Assembly: GCA_963763775.1 (NCBI GenBank)
Contig: CAVXPZ010000001.1
Coordinates: 1,152,001 to 1,216,000 of the forward strand
Reading direction: 5' to 3'
Length of the DNA: 64,000 nt
Source of the DNA: an uncultured Chloroflexia bacterium
GTDB taxonomy: Bacteria; Chloroflexota; Limnocylindria; Limnocylindrales; CSP1-4
In this document: positions 19,326 through 28,927 of the stretch, in pieces
Numbering within the stretch: the stretch's first letter is position 1
How the letters are laid out: every line of letters begins with the position of its first letter
Position numbers and translations under genes: made by a program
The notes under the pieces: model-generated
Told to the model about the DNA's origin: nothing
The model's input: only the letters and a program-made list of their open reading frames with translations
Databases searched by the model: none

Positions 19326-21512
19326 ATGAGTTTTCCGAGAGGGCAGACGCGCCAGGCGACCGGCGGCGCGGCCGGGCGCGGCAGCGGCGGAGGGGGCGCC
19401 GGCAACCGTGGCGGCGGCCGAGGCCGGATGGGCGGCATGTTCGGCGGCCCGACCACGGACTTCACCCCGGTCCCGAAGGAGCGCCGCGGCCGGACGATCG
19501 CCCGGATCATCGCGTTCTTCCGGCCCTACCGGTTCAAGGTCCTCGTCGTCCTGTTCGCGATCCTCATCACGAGCTTCCTCGGCCTGGTCAACCCGCTGCT
19601 GCTCGGCGTGCTGATCGACCAGGTCATCGTCGGCAAGGACTACACCAACCTCAACCTCTACGTCGGGCTGATGATCATCATCCCGATCGTCTCGGGGCTG
19701 ATCGGCGTCGGCCAGTCGTACCTCAACAACGTCATCGGCCAGAACGTCATGCAGGACCTGCGGGGCGCGCTCTACGCCCACCTCCAGCGGATGCCGCTGC
19801 GGTTCTTCACCGAGACGCGGACGGGCGAGATCCAGAGCCGGCTCGCGAACGACGTCGGTGGCATCCAGGCCGTCGTCACCGACACGGCCAGCTCGGTGAC
19901 GAGCAACCTGGCCATCTCGATCAGCACGATCGTGGCGATGTTCCTGCTCAACTGGGAGCTCGCGATCCTCTCGTTGGTGATGCTCCCCTTCTTCATGCTG
20001 CTGACGTACCGGGTCGGCAAGATCCGCCGCGACGTCAGCGGGGAGACCCAGGTGGCGCTCGCCGAGATGAGCGCCGCGACCGAGGAGACCCTGTCGGTCT
20101 CGGGCATGCTGCTCGCCAAGACGTTCGGGCAGCAGGACGCCCAGATCAAGAAGTTCCGCACGCTCAACGCGAAGCTGGCGACGCTCCAGATCCGCCAGGC
20201 GATGGTCGGGCGCTGGTTCTTCATGATCATCGGCACGATCTTCTCGATCACGCCGGCGTTCGTGTACTGGCTCGCCGGCACGATGGCCGCGAACGGGAAC
20301 CCGGACGCGGCGAGCGCGGGCGCGATCGTGGCGTTCACGACGCTCCAGAGTCGACTGTTCTTCCCGCTCGGCCAGCTGCTCAACGTGCAGGTCGAGATCC
20401 AGGGCTCGCTCGCGCTCTTCGACCGGATCTTCGAGTACCTCGAGATGGATCCCGAGATCGTGGACGCGGCCGACGCCGTCGAGCTCGAGCCGTCCCAGGT
20501 CCGCGGCCGAGTCCGGTTGCGTGATGCCTCGTTCCGCTATCCGACCGTGGCCGTGCCCTCGGCCCTGGCCCACGAGAACGCCGCGGCGCAGGGCGAGGAC
20601 CAGGGCGCCGAACCCGCGGGACCGAGCCGCGGCACCGACGACATGGCCCCGATGGTGGCCGCGGCCGCGGTCGACGAGCAGGCGATGGAACGGCTCGTCG
20701 AGACCATCGACACCGTCGAGCCGCTCGGCGACATGCCGGCGATCCCCGAGGCCGAGACGATCCCGACGTTCGCGCTCGAGGGCATCGACTTCGAGGCACT
20801 CCCCGGCGAGCTGGTCGCGCTCGTCGGCCCGTCGGGCAGCGGCAAGACCACGACCACCTACCTGATCCCGCGCCTGTACGACGTCGATAAGGGCGCCGTC
20901 GAGATCGACGGCATCGACGTGCGGCGGATCAAGCTCGCCTCGCTGGGGCGGATCATCGGCGTGGTGACCCAGGAGACCTACCTGTTCCATGCCTCGGTGC
21001 GCGACAACCTGATGTACGCCCGCCCGGAAGCCTCGGAAGACGATCTCGTGGCGGCCACGACGGCCGCGGCCATCCACGAGCGGATCCTGGAACTCCCCGA
21101 GGGCTACGACACGGTCGTCGGCGAGCGTGGCTACAAGCTGTCGGGCGGGGAGAAGCAGCGCATCGCGATCGCCCGGGTCGTGCTCAAGGATCCGCGGATC
21201 CTGATCCTCGACGAGGCGACCTCGGCCCTCGACACGGTGTCCGAGCGGCTCATCCAGGCCGCCTTCGAGCGGCTCATGGAGGGCCGCACCACGATCGCGA
21301 TCGCCCACCGCCTGTCCACGATCCTGCGGGCCGACCGGATCCTCGTCTACGAGAAGGGCCACGTCGTCGAGCGCGGGACGCACACCGAGCTCATCGCGCA
21401 GGGCGGCCTGTACGCGCGGCTGTACCGCGAGCAGTTCCTGGCCGATCGCCCGGACGAGGCCGCGGCCCTGGCCGGGTCCGACGGCCCGACCGCGACGGCC
21501 GCCGCGGTCTAG
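19326..21512 (+). CDS. ABC exporter (fused TMD and NBD) with a ~70-aa acidic insertion in the NBD
   Basis: TM helices; GPSGSGKT; LSGGEKQR; ILILDEATSALD; AHRLST. Confidence 0.95.
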   Translation: MSFPRGQTRQATGGAAGRGSGGGGAGNRGGGRGRMGGMFGGPTTDFTPVPKERRGRTIARIIAFFRPYRFKVLVVLFAILITSFLGLVNPLLLGVLIDQVIVGKDYTNLNLYVGLMIIIPIVSGLIGVGQSYLNNVIGQNVMQDLRGALYAHLQRMPLRFFTETRTGEIQSRLANDVGGIQAVVTDTASSVTSNLAISISTIVAMFLLNWELAILSLVMLPFFMLLTYRVGKIRRDVSGETQVALAEMSAATEETLSVSGMLLAKTFGQQDAQIKKFRTLNAKLATLQIRQAMVGRWFFMIIGTIFSITPAFVYWLAGTMAANGNPDAASAGAIVAFTTLQSRLFFPLGQLLNVQVEIQGSLALFDRIFEYLEMDPEIVDAADAVELEPSQVRGRVRLRDASFRYPTVAVPSALAHENAAAQGEDQGAEPAGPSRGTDDMAPMVAAAAVDEQAMERLVETIDTVEPLGDMPAIPEAETIPTFALEGIDFEALPGELVALVGPSGSGKTTTTYLIPRLYDVDKGAVEIDGIDVRRIKLASLGRIIGVVTQETYLFHASVRDNLMYARPEASEDDLVAATTAAAIHERILELPEGYDTVVGERGYKLSGGEKQRIAIARVVLKDPRILILDEATSALDTVSERLIQAAFERLMEGRTTIAIAHRLSTILRADRILVYEKGHVVERGTHTELIAQGGLYARLYREQFLADRPDEAAALAGSDGPTATAAAV

Positions 21513-21521
21513 CATTCCCCC

Positions 21522-22016
21522 ATGGCCACCCACAAGACCGTCGACCTGCAGTTCCTCGGCGGCAGCCATTTCCACGCCGTCCCGAGTTCGGGGCACGAGA
21601 TCGACTTCGACGACCGGCGCTCGAACCAGGGCGGCAGCCCGGTCGAGACCGTGCTCGCGGCGCTCGCGGCCTGCTCCGCGATGGACGTCATCTCGATCGC
21701 GCTCAAGAAGCGCCAGGACGTCGTCGACTACCGCGTCCACGTCGAGGGCATCCAGCGAGACGAGTACCCGCAGGTGTTCCCCGAGATCACGGTGACCCAC
21801 TCGATCTCCGGCCCGGACATCTCCGAGGCCGCGATCCGCCGCTGCATCGAGCTCTCGGCGACCAAGTACTGCCCGGTCAACGCGATGCTGTCGGCCGGAG
21901 CCACGGTCGTGCACCACCGGTACGCGATCCACTCCACGGGGGCCAAGGCGTACGACGCCGACGGCGAAGTCATCGCGACCGGCCCGTACGCCCGCCCGGA
22001 CATCGTCCCGGCCTGA
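21522..22016 (+). CDS. OsmC-family (YhfA-like) protein
   Basis: GGSPVETVLAALAACSAMDV and LSATKYCPV two-Cys motifs. Confidence 0.9.
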   Translation: MATHKTVDLQFLGGSHFHAVPSSGHEIDFDDRRSNQGGSPVETVLAALAACSAMDVISIALKKRQDVVDYRVHVEGIQRDEYPQVFPEITVTHSISGPDISEAAIRRCIELSATKYCPVNAMLSAGATVVHHRYAIHSTGAKAYDADGEVIATGPYARPDIVPA

Positions 22017-22060
22017 GGTCTCTGGGCCGCCACTGGCGGCCGGACCGCACCGCCGCCGCA

Positions 22061-22106
22061 CGCCGCGGGAACACACTCCGGATTCGCGATGAGGCTCTGA
22101 TGCATC
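22061..22106 (-). repeat. 46-bp dispersed intergenic repeat, copy 3 (inverted)
   Basis: Reverse complement GATGCATCAGAGCCTCATCGCGAATCCGGAGTGTGTTCCCGCGGCG; match to copy 2 extends a further ~8 bp (TGCGGCGG). Confidence 0.9.
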
Positions 22107-22136
22107 GCTGGGCGGGTGGTGGCGTCCTGCTCCTCA

Positions 22137-22160
22137 ATCCCTACTAGACCGGTCGGATAT
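22137..22160 (+). promoter_or_regulatory. Possible Rrf2-family (CymR/IscR-like) operator upstream of DUF4395
   Basis: CCTAC-N7-GTCGG imperfect palindrome flanked by AT; -10 TATCGT at 22168. Confidence 0.4.
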
Positions 22161-22214
22161 GTCGTGGTATCGTGGCGACTCGTCCCCACCCGAGACCAAC
22201 AGGAGTATCTCGCG

Positions 22215-22742
22215 ATGCCGTCCGCCGTTCCCGCCGATGCCGCCGCCCGCCTGCCGAAGGCGCGGATGATCGACCCGCGCGGCCATCGATTCGGTGCCGG
22301 CGTCAGCGCGATCCTGCTGATCGGCGCGTTCCTGACCGGGACCCCGTGGCTCGTCGCTCTCGTGTTCCTCTCGATCGGCGTCAGCGCCGCGTTCGGGCTC
22401 AAGTACTCGGTCTATGGCGCGATCTGGCGGCGCATCGTCAAGGTCGCCAAGCTCGGCCCGACCGAGCCCGAGCACGAGTACCCGCCGCGGTTCGCGCAGG
22501 TGCTCGGGTCGGTGGCGCTGATCCTGTCGCTCATCGCGTTCGCGCTCGGCGCGACGACACTCGGTTGGGTCTTCGCGCTCGCGGTCGCCGGGCTGCAGAC
22601 GCTGCTCGCGACGACCGGCTACTGCCTCGGCTGCCGGCTGTACTTCCTGCGCTGGTGGGTGCCGGACCTCGTGACCCGCATCTGGACCCGCGGCGCGAGC
22701 TCGGCCAACCGCCTCCAGGTGGACCCGATCTCCTACAAGTAG
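22215..22742 (+). CDS. DUF4395 membrane protein
   Basis: IDPRGHRFGAG, EYPPRFAQVLG, TGYCLGCRLY; AGGAG RBS. Confidence 0.88.
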   Translation: MPSAVPADAAARLPKARMIDPRGHRFGAGVSAILLIGAFLTGTPWLVALVFLSIGVSAAFGLKYSVYGAIWRRIVKVAKLGPTEPEHEYPPRFAQVLGSVALILSLIAFALGATTLGWVFALAVAGLQTLLATTGYCLGCRLYFLRWWVPDLVTRIWTRGASSANRLQVDPISYK

Positions 22743-22806
22743 GACGGGCCCGCGCCGGCGGGGCCGGTGCCGACGCGCGACCCTTCGCCTGCGCTTGTCA
22801 CCCGCG

Positions 22807-22844
22807 CTTGCATGACTATGCAGATCCCTGTATAGTCATCCGAC
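22807..22844 (+). promoter_or_regulatory. Tandem ARG boxes overlapping the argC promoter
   Basis: cTTGCATGACTATGCAGa, 2 nt, ccTGTATAGTCATCCGac; -35 TTGCAT, 17 nt, -10 TATAGT; argR lies in the operon. Confidence 0.85.
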
Positions 22845-22845
22845 G

Positions 22846-23994
22846 ATGACGACCACCGACGAGATCCTGGACGGGCGGGCGACGGGGTTCGTCGCGCGCT
22901 CGGCGCGTGGCGTCGCCGACGACCCGGCCGCCGACCGGAAGATCCGCGTCGGGATCATCGGGGCGACCGGCTACGTCGGCGCCGAACTCGTGCGGCTGCT
23001 TGTGCGGCATCCGAACGTCGCGCTCGTCGGGCTCCAGGGTCGCGACCGCGACGAGGATCCGCTCGGAGGCATCCACCCGCACCTCGCGACGACCGGCCAC
23101 ACCGTCAACAGCACGCTTCCCGACGTCGACGCGGTCTTCCTCGCGCTCCCGCACGGGACGGCGGCCGGGATGATCGGCGAGTTCGTCGATGCGGGCACCG
23201 CGGTCATCGACCTCGGCCCCGACTTCCGCCTGCGCGACCCCGACGACTACCCGCGCTGGTACGGCTTCGAGCACCCGCGCCCCGACCTGCTCGAGCAGGC
23301 GGTCTACGGCCTGCCGGAATTGCACCGCGCCGAGCTCCAGGCCCTCGTCGACGAGCCCGTCGCGATCGTCGGGTCGCCCGGCTGCTACCCCACCGCCACG
23401 ATCCTCGCGCTCGCGCCGCTCGCGCGCGCCGGCCTGATCGAGGATCTCGTCGTCGACGCGAAGAGCGGCGTCTCGGGCGCCGGCCGCGAGTCCAAGGCGC
23501 ACCTGATGTTCGGCGAGGTCAACGAGAGCGTGTCGGCGTATGGCATCGGCGGCCACCGGCACGTCGCCGAGATCGAGCAGGAACTCGCGTGGGCAGCGGC
23601 GATCGAGGGCGTCGACCCGGGCGCGAACCCGGGGGCCGTGGCGGTCGACTTCCTTCCGCACCTGATGCCGATGACGCGGGGCATCCTCTCCACGAGCCAC
23701 GTTCGGCCGACGCGGCCGATCTCGCAGGGCGAGCTCGACGAGCTCTACGCCGACGCCTACGCGAACGAGCCGTTCGTCTCGGTCATGCCCACCCCGCCCG
23801 CCACGAAGCACGTGACGGGCAGCAACCAGGTCCGGCTGTTCGTGCGGCTCGACGAGCGGATCGGGCGGATCATCGTGATCGGCGTCGAGGACAACCTCGT
23901 CAAGGGCGCCGCCGGACAGGCGATCCAGTCGTTCAACCTCGTCCACGCGCTGCCGGAGACGGCGGGCCTGGACCAGCTGCCGCTCGCGCCATGA
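22846..23994 (+). CDS. argC: N-acetyl-gamma-glutamyl-phosphate reductase
   Basis: GATGYVG, FLALPHG, YGLPEL, PGCYPT, SGVSGAG, DNLVKGAAGQA. Confidence 0.97.
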   Translation: MTTTDEILDGRATGFVARSARGVADDPAADRKIRVGIIGATGYVGAELVRLLVRHPNVALVGLQGRDRDEDPLGGIHPHLATTGHTVNSTLPDVDAVFLALPHGTAAGMIGEFVDAGTAVIDLGPDFRLRDPDDYPRWYGFEHPRPDLLEQAVYGLPELHRAELQALVDEPVAIVGSPGCYPTATILALAPLARAGLIEDLVVDAKSGVSGAGRESKAHLMFGEVNESVSAYGIGGHRHVAEIEQELAWAAAIEGVDPGANPGAVAVDFLPHLMPMTRGILSTSHVRPTRPISQGELDELYADAYANEPFVSVMPTPPATKHVTGSNQVRLFVRLDERIGRIIVIGVEDNLVKGAAGQAIQSFNLVHALPETAGLDQLPLAP

Positions 23995-25415
23995 AGGGCC
24001 GATCCGCCGCCGCCACACCGACCCCGCCCACCGCCACCGCGACCAGTCCCCGACCATCCCCGGTCCCGGGCTCGTCGACCGTCCTCCCGCCGGTCGAACG
24101 ACGTGCCGTGATGCCCGCCGGCTTCAAAGCCGGCGGTCTTGCGGCCGGGATCAAGGCCTCCGGACGGCCGGACCTGGGCGTCGCCGTCACGACGCTGGGT
24201 CCGGCCGCCGCGGCCGCCGTCTTCACGCCGAACGCGTTCGCGGCGGCGCCGGTCCGTCTCTCGAAGCGCCACCTCGCGGCCTCGTCCGGCGACCCGCGCG
24301 GCGGGTTCGGGTGGGCCGAGGCCGTCATCTCGACGAGCGGCTCCGCCAATGCGGCGACCGGCGACGCAGGCGACGACGACCAGCGGGAGATCGCCCGGCT
24401 CCTCGCGGAGGCGACCGGTGCCGCGACGCAGCTCACGCTCCACCTCTCGACCGGGATCATCGGCACGCGACTGCCGTTGGACAAGGTGGGGGCCGGGCTG
24501 GCCCAGCTGGTGCCGGAGCTCGCGGCCACGAACAAGGGCCTCGCGGCGATGGCGGAGGCCCTGCGGACCACCGACTCGGTGACGAAGACCGCGACGACGA
24601 CCATCGTGCTGCCCGACGCCGACGGCCGAGCCGTCAAGGTGACCGTGAGCGGGATCGCGAAGGGCGTCGGGATGATCCATCCGAACATGGCCACGATGCT
24701 CTCGGTCGTGCTGACCGATGCGGCCGTGACGCCGCCGACCCTGTGGGGCCTGCTCCGGCCGGCGGCGGCTCGGACGTGGGACCAGCTGTCGGTCGACGGC
24801 GACACCTCGACCAACGACACGGTGTTCGTGCTCGCATCGGGGGCGAGTGCCGCGGCGCCGGCCGAGGCCGGGACGCTCGAGGCGGCCGTGCTCGGCGCCG
24901 CGATCGAAGCGGTGGCGCGCGATCTCGCGCGGCAGCAGGCCGCCGACGGCGAGGGGGCCGCGACGCTCATCACGGCCGATGTGACCGGTGCGCTCGACGA
25001 CGCCGAGGCCCGGGCCGTGGCCCGAGCGGTCATCTCGTCCAGCCTGGTCAAGGCGGCCGCCCACGGCCGCGACCCCAACTGGGGCCGCATCGCGGGTGCG
25101 GCCGGCAACGCGCGACTGGCCGATGCCGCGGTCCTCGAGGCCGCCGGGCTGTCCCTCGCCGAGGCCACGCGCCGCGGCGGCACGCCCGTGACGCTCGACC
25201 CGGCGCGACTCCGCATCGCCATCGCCGGCCATCCCGTGTTCGACGGCTCGGCCGGCGGGCCCCTCACCTTCGACCGCAAGGCCGCCCGCAAGGCGATGGG
25301 CGCCGCCGAAGTCGTCCTCTCGCTCGACCTCGGCCTGGGCGACGGACGGGGCGAGGCGTTCGGCTGCGACCTCACCGAGCAGTACGTGATCGAGAACAGC
25401 GAGTACACGACATGA
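23991..25415 (+). CDS. argJ: Bifunctional ornithine acetyltransferase / N-acetylglutamate synthase
   Basis: STGIIG, KGVGMIHPNMATML, VDGDTSTND, DGEGA, DPNWGRI, GCDLT...N..YTT. Confidence 0.96.
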   Translation: MKGRSAAATPTPPTATATSPRPSPVPGSSTVLPPVERRAVMPAGFKAGGLAAGIKASGRPDLGVAVTTLGPAAAAAVFTPNAFAAAPVRLSKRHLAASSGDPRGGFGWAEAVISTSGSANAATGDAGDDDQREIARLLAEATGAATQLTLHLSTGIIGTRLPLDKVGAGLAQLVPELAATNKGLAAMAEALRTTDSVTKTATTTIVLPDADGRAVKVTVSGIAKGVGMIHPNMATMLSVVLTDAAVTPPTLWGLLRPAAARTWDQLSVDGDTSTNDTVFVLASGASAAAPAEAGTLEAAVLGAAIEAVARDLARQQAADGEGAATLITADVTGALDDAEARAVARAVISSSLVKAAAHGRDPNWGRIAGAAGNARLADAAVLEAAGLSLAEATRRGGTPVTLDPARLRIAIAGHPVFDGSAGGPLTFDRKAARKAMGAAEVVLSLDLGLGDGRGEAFGCDLTEQYVIENSEYTT

Positions 25416-25603
25416 GCGCGAACTGCCTCGTCGGCATCTCGGCGAGGTCAGGCCAAGGCGGCGGTAAGCACGAGAGCGAGCGCACCACCCCCCGAGGCCC
25501 GAGGCGACGCTCCGTTAGCCATCGGTCCGAGGGTTCCTGCGTGAGCGATCGCGCGCAGCCGCCAACGCCGGGATGGCCCGCCGAGGAGCCGACCGATGTC
25601 TGA
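25412..25603 (+). other. 63-codon Arg-rich uORF bridging the argJ stop (ATGA) and the argB start
   Basis: Open from ATG 25412 to TGA 25603; 8 Arg codons including the run AGG-CGA-CGC; atypical codon usage. Confidence 0.35.
25430..25593. repeat. ~165-nt rod-like palindromic element between argJ and argB
   Basis: Nested pairings GTCGGC/GCCGAC, CTCGGCG/CGCCGAG, GGCGGC/GCCGCC, GCGCA/TGCGT and CCGA/TCGG, with a symmetric GAGCGA/GAGCGA internal loop. Confidence 0.75.
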
Positions 25604-26384
25604 GGTACTCGTCATCAAGCTCGGTGGCACGACCATCGCGGACCAGTCGCAGGTGCTCGGCGAAGTGGCCGCGGTCGCGCGTCGTCGTCCCGTGGTCCTG
25701 GTCCATGGCGGCGGGAAGCGCATCACCGAGTGGCTCGACCGGCTGGGCGTCCCCTCCAAGTTCGAGGGCGGGCTTCGCGTCACCGATGCGGCATCGCTCG
25801 AAGTGGCCGCGGCCGTCCTGCGCGGCGTCGTCAACTCGGAGCTCGTGGCCGGTCTGCGCGATCTCGGGGTGGATGCCGTCGGGCTGTCCGGCGTCGACGG
25901 CGGCCTCCTGATCGCCGAGCGCATCCCGGAGCTCGGACTCGTCGCGAGCGTCGTCGGCCTTCGCCGCGACCTGCTCGACGCGATCCTCGTCGGCGGCCAG
26001 GTGCCGGTCGTCGCGCCGCTGGCGCGCGATGCGGACGGGATCGTGTGCAACGTGAACGCCGACGACGTGGCCGCGGGCATCGCGGCCGGGCTCGGTGCCC
26101 GCCAGCTCGTCCTGCTGACCGATGTCGACGGCGTCCGCGACGCCGACGGCCGCCGACTCGACACCCTGACCGTCGCCGAGGCCGAGCACCTCATCGAGAC
26201 CGGCGTCATCGCCGGCGGCATGGTGCCGAAGATCCGCGCCGCGCTCGGGGCGCTGGGCTGGGACGGCGCCGAGGCGATCATCGCCGACTCGTCCGCGCCG
26301 AACGCGCTGACGCGCGCCCTGTCCGACCCGACCTTCGGCACCCGGATCACCGCATCGCGCGCCGCGGGTGTGGGGGCCGCGTGA
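25596..26384 (+). CDS. argB: Acetylglutamate kinase
   Basis: VIKLGG, VHGGG, GLRVTD, NVNAD, LTDVDGV, GGMVPK. Confidence 0.96.
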   Translation: MSEVLVIKLGGTTIADQSQVLGEVAAVARRRPVVLVHGGGKRITEWLDRLGVPSKFEGGLRVTDAASLEVAAAVLRGVVNSELVAGLRDLGVDAVGLSGVDGGLLIAERIPELGLVASVVGLRRDLLDAILVGGQVPVVAPLARDADGIVCNVNADDVAAGIAAGLGARQLVLLTDVDGVRDADGRRLDTLTVAEAEHLIETGVIAGGMVPKIRAALGALGWDGAEAIIADSSAPNALTRALSDPTFGTRITASRAAGVGAA

Positions 26385-26909
26385 TGGCCACGGCGACCCA
26401 GGAGCTCAAGCGCCTCCGCCAGCGGGCGATCCGCGAGCTGGTCGTGACGCGCCCGGTGGGGAGCCAGCGCGAGCTCGTCGACGCGCTGACGGAGCAGGGG
26501 TTCGCCGTCACCCAGGCGACGGTCTCGCGCGACATCACCGAGCTCGGGCTCATGAAGGCCCCGCGCGCCGACGGCCACGTCTACGTCGCCCCGGAGGCGG
26601 TCGGCGCCGGCACGAACGGCCACGCCATCGGCTCCGACGAGCGGCTCGCGCGGATCCTGGCCGACATCCCGGTGGCGGTGGGCCGGAGCGGGCTCATCCT
26701 CGTCCTGACCGGCACGCCGGGCACCGCCAGCATCATCGCCCAGGCCATCGACGAGTCCACCCTGCACGAGCAGGAAGGGCACCCTCGCCGGCGACAATAC
26801 GCTCCTCGTCCTGTTCGCCGATGAGCGGCGCCTCGAGCGCTGGCTGGCCCGGTTCCGGGCGATCGGCCCATCCCCCGTCCCCACGACCCGGAGGTCCGCG
26901 ATCTCGTGA
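26384..26909 (+). CDS. argR: Arginine repressor (frameshift ~26778)
   Basis: SQRELVDAL...VTQATVSRDITELG; TPGTASIIAQAID; GTLAGDNT. Confidence 0.93.
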
Positions 26910-28189
26910 AGAAAGTCGTCCTCGCCTATTCGGGCGGCCTCGATACCTCGGTGGCCGTCGCGTGGCTCAAGGAGCAGTACGACGCGGAGGTCGTGACGCT
27001 CACGGTCGACGTCGGCGGCGGCTCGCTCCGCCAGGGCGTCGAACGTCGTGCGATGTCCGCCGGCGCGACCCGTGCCTATGTCGTGGACGCCCGCGAGCGG
27101 TTCGTCACCGACTTCGTGTGGCCGCACCTCCAGGCCAACGCGCTGTACCAAGGGGCCTACCCGCTGGCCACCGCGCTCGCGCGTCCCCTGATCGCCCAGC
27201 TCCTCGTCGAGGTGGCCGCGCGCGAAGGCGCCGATGCGATCGCCCACGGCTGCACGGGCAAGGGCAACGACCAGGTCCGCTTCGACGTCGCGACGCACGC
27301 GCTCGATCCGGGGCTCGAGGTCATCGCGCCGATGCGCGTCGGCATGGGCCTCTCGCGCGACCAGGAGATCGACTACGCGAACGAGCGCGGCATCGAGATC
27401 CCGATCACGAAGGCGTCGCCGTACTCGATCGACGTCAACCTCTGGGGCCGCTCCTGCGAGACCGGGGTCCTCGAGGACCCGTGGGTCACGCCGCCGCCCG
27501 ACGCCTACGAATGGACGGTCGCCCCGTCCGACGCCCCGGCGCCGGTCGAGATCACGATCGAGTTCGAGGGCGGCATCCCGGTCGCGCTCGACGGTGAGCG
27601 GCTCGGGGCCGTGGAACTGGTCGAGAAGGTGCACGCGCTCGGCGGCGCCCACGGCGTCGGCCGCATCGACCACGTCGAGGACCGCCTCGTCGGCATCAAG
27701 AGCCGCGAGATCTACGAGACGCCGGCGGCCACGATCCTGCACGCCGCGCACCACGCCCTCGAAGGGTTGACGCTGTCGCGCGACACGCTCCGGTTCAACC
27801 GGTTCGTCGCGGACGAGCTGGCCCGACTCATCTACGACGGCCTGTGGTTCTCGGCGCTGTCGCGCGACCTGCGCGGCTACGTGGCGTCGTCCCAGCGCGT
27901 GGTCTCGGGCGAGGTCCGGGTCCGGCTCGATCACGGCCAGGCCGTGGTCACGGGGCGGCGCTCGCCGCTGTCGCTGTACGACAAGAGCCTCGCGACCTAC
28001 GACGAGGGCGATGCCTTCGACCACGCGTCGGCCGTGGGCTTCATCGAGATCTTCGGGCTGCCGCTCCGCGTCGAGGCGGCACGGCACGGCGCGGTCGGCA
28101 AGCACCACGGCGCCGCCTGGACCTGGACCGACCCGCTGCTCGCGGACCTGCCGACGCTGGTGACCGATCCGGAGCCGGCCGCCGTCTAG
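26906..28189 (+). CDS. argG: Argininosuccinate synthase
   Basis: LAYSGGLDTS, HGCTGKGNDQVRF, YSIDVNLWG, GIKSREIYE. Confidence 0.98.
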   Translation: MKKVVLAYSGGLDTSVAVAWLKEQYDAEVVTLTVDVGGGSLRQGVERRAMSAGATRAYVVDARERFVTDFVWPHLQANALYQGAYPLATALARPLIAQLLVEVAAREGADAIAHGCTGKGNDQVRFDVATHALDPGLEVIAPMRVGMGLSRDQEIDYANERGIEIPITKASPYSIDVNLWGRSCETGVLEDPWVTPPPDAYEWTVAPSDAPAPVEITIEFEGGIPVALDGERLGAVELVEKVHALGGAHGVGRIDHVEDRLVGIKSREIYETPAATILHAAHHALEGLTLSRDTLRFNRFVADELARLIYDGLWFSALSRDLRGYVASSQRVVSGEVRVRLDHGQAVVTGRRSPLSLYDKSLATYDEGDAFDHASAVGFIEIFGLPLRVEAARHGAVGKHHGAAWTWTDPLLADLPTLVTDPEPAAV

Positions 28190-28248
28190 GTTCCCGGCCG
28201 TCGCCGGTCGTGGCGGGCGGCTCGTGCCGGACGCGGCCAGCAGGGTCA

Positions 28249-28268
28249 TGTCTCACGCGTGATACACT
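28249..28268 (+). promoter_or_regulatory. TA operator palindrome overlapping the -10 of leaderless vapB
   Basis: TGTCTCAC-GC-GTGATACA inverted repeat; TACACT 6 nt before ATG 28275. Confidence 0.6.
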
Positions 28269-28274
28269 CGGTCC

Positions 28275-28511
28275 ATGGCTGAGGTCACGATCCGGGAACT
28301 GCGCAACCGCGGTGGCGATGTCGTCGATCGCGTGGCCGCCGGCGAGCACCTGACCGTGACGCGCGACGGCCGACCCGTCGCCGAGCTTCGACCCATCTCC
28401 CGCCAGGCGCTCTCCGCCGGAGCGGTGCTGCGACGCTGGCGGAGGCTCCGTGCGGTCGACGCGGTGGCCTTGCGCGCCGATCTCGACTCGGTCGTGGACC
28501 CGAGTCTCTGA
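28275..28511 (+). CDS. vapB: Phd/YefM-family antitoxin
   Basis: VTIRELRNRGGDVVDRVAAGEHLTVTRDGRPVAELRP. Confidence 0.9.
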   Translation: MAEVTIRELRNRGGDVVDRVAAGEHLTVTRDGRPVAELRPISRQALSAGAVLRRWRRLRAVDAVALRADLDSVVDPSL

Positions 28512-28927
28512 TGGCCGAGGCCGCGGGGCTCCTCGACACGAGCACGGTCATCCTGCTTCCCCGGCTCCGCGATCCCGCCGCCCTGCCGGCCGAACCGCAC
28601 ATCTCGGCGATCACCCTCGCGGAGCTCTCGGTGGGCCCGCTGGTCACTGCGGACGAAAGCGTCCGGGCCGCGCGCCTCGCACAACTCCAGCAGGCGGAGG
28701 CGGACTTCGATCCCCTGCCGTTCGATGCCGACGCGGCGCGCGCCTTCGGGCAGGTGTCGGCATCCCTCCGACGCTCGGGCCGCAAGACGGCCGCACGTGC
28801 CTACGACGCGATGATCGCGGCGATCGCCATCGCGAACGAGCTGCCGCTCTACACCTGCAACCCCGGTGACTTCGAGGGCATCGACGGACTCACGGTCGTG
28901 GCCATCCCCCACCCCGACGCGGCATGA
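28511..28927 (+). CDS. vapC: VapC PIN-domain toxin
   Basis: LLDTSTVI, SAITLAEL, YDAMIAAIA, YTCNPGDF. Confidence 0.92.
   Translation: MAEAAGLLDTSTVILLPRLRDPAALPAEPHISAITLAELSVGPLVTADESVRAARLAQLQQAEADFDPLPFDADAARAFGQVSASLRRSGRKTAARAYDAMIAAIAIANELPLYTCNPGDFEGIDGLTVVAIPHPDAA

Noticed and set aside
20548-20766. Intein in the ABC ATPase
   Set aside because: Too short, and lacks the N-terminal Cys/Ser block and C-terminal His-Asn
25430-25593. Known riboswitch or T-box in the arg operon
   Set aside because: No T-box sequence or recognisable aptamer consensus and no U-rich terminator; reported instead as an unclassified hairpin
25448-28249. 933-aa minus-strand ORF, and similar long ORFs such as 35131-37560 (+)
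   Set aside because: Antisense to argB/argR/argG (or argH/galT); no recognisable domains
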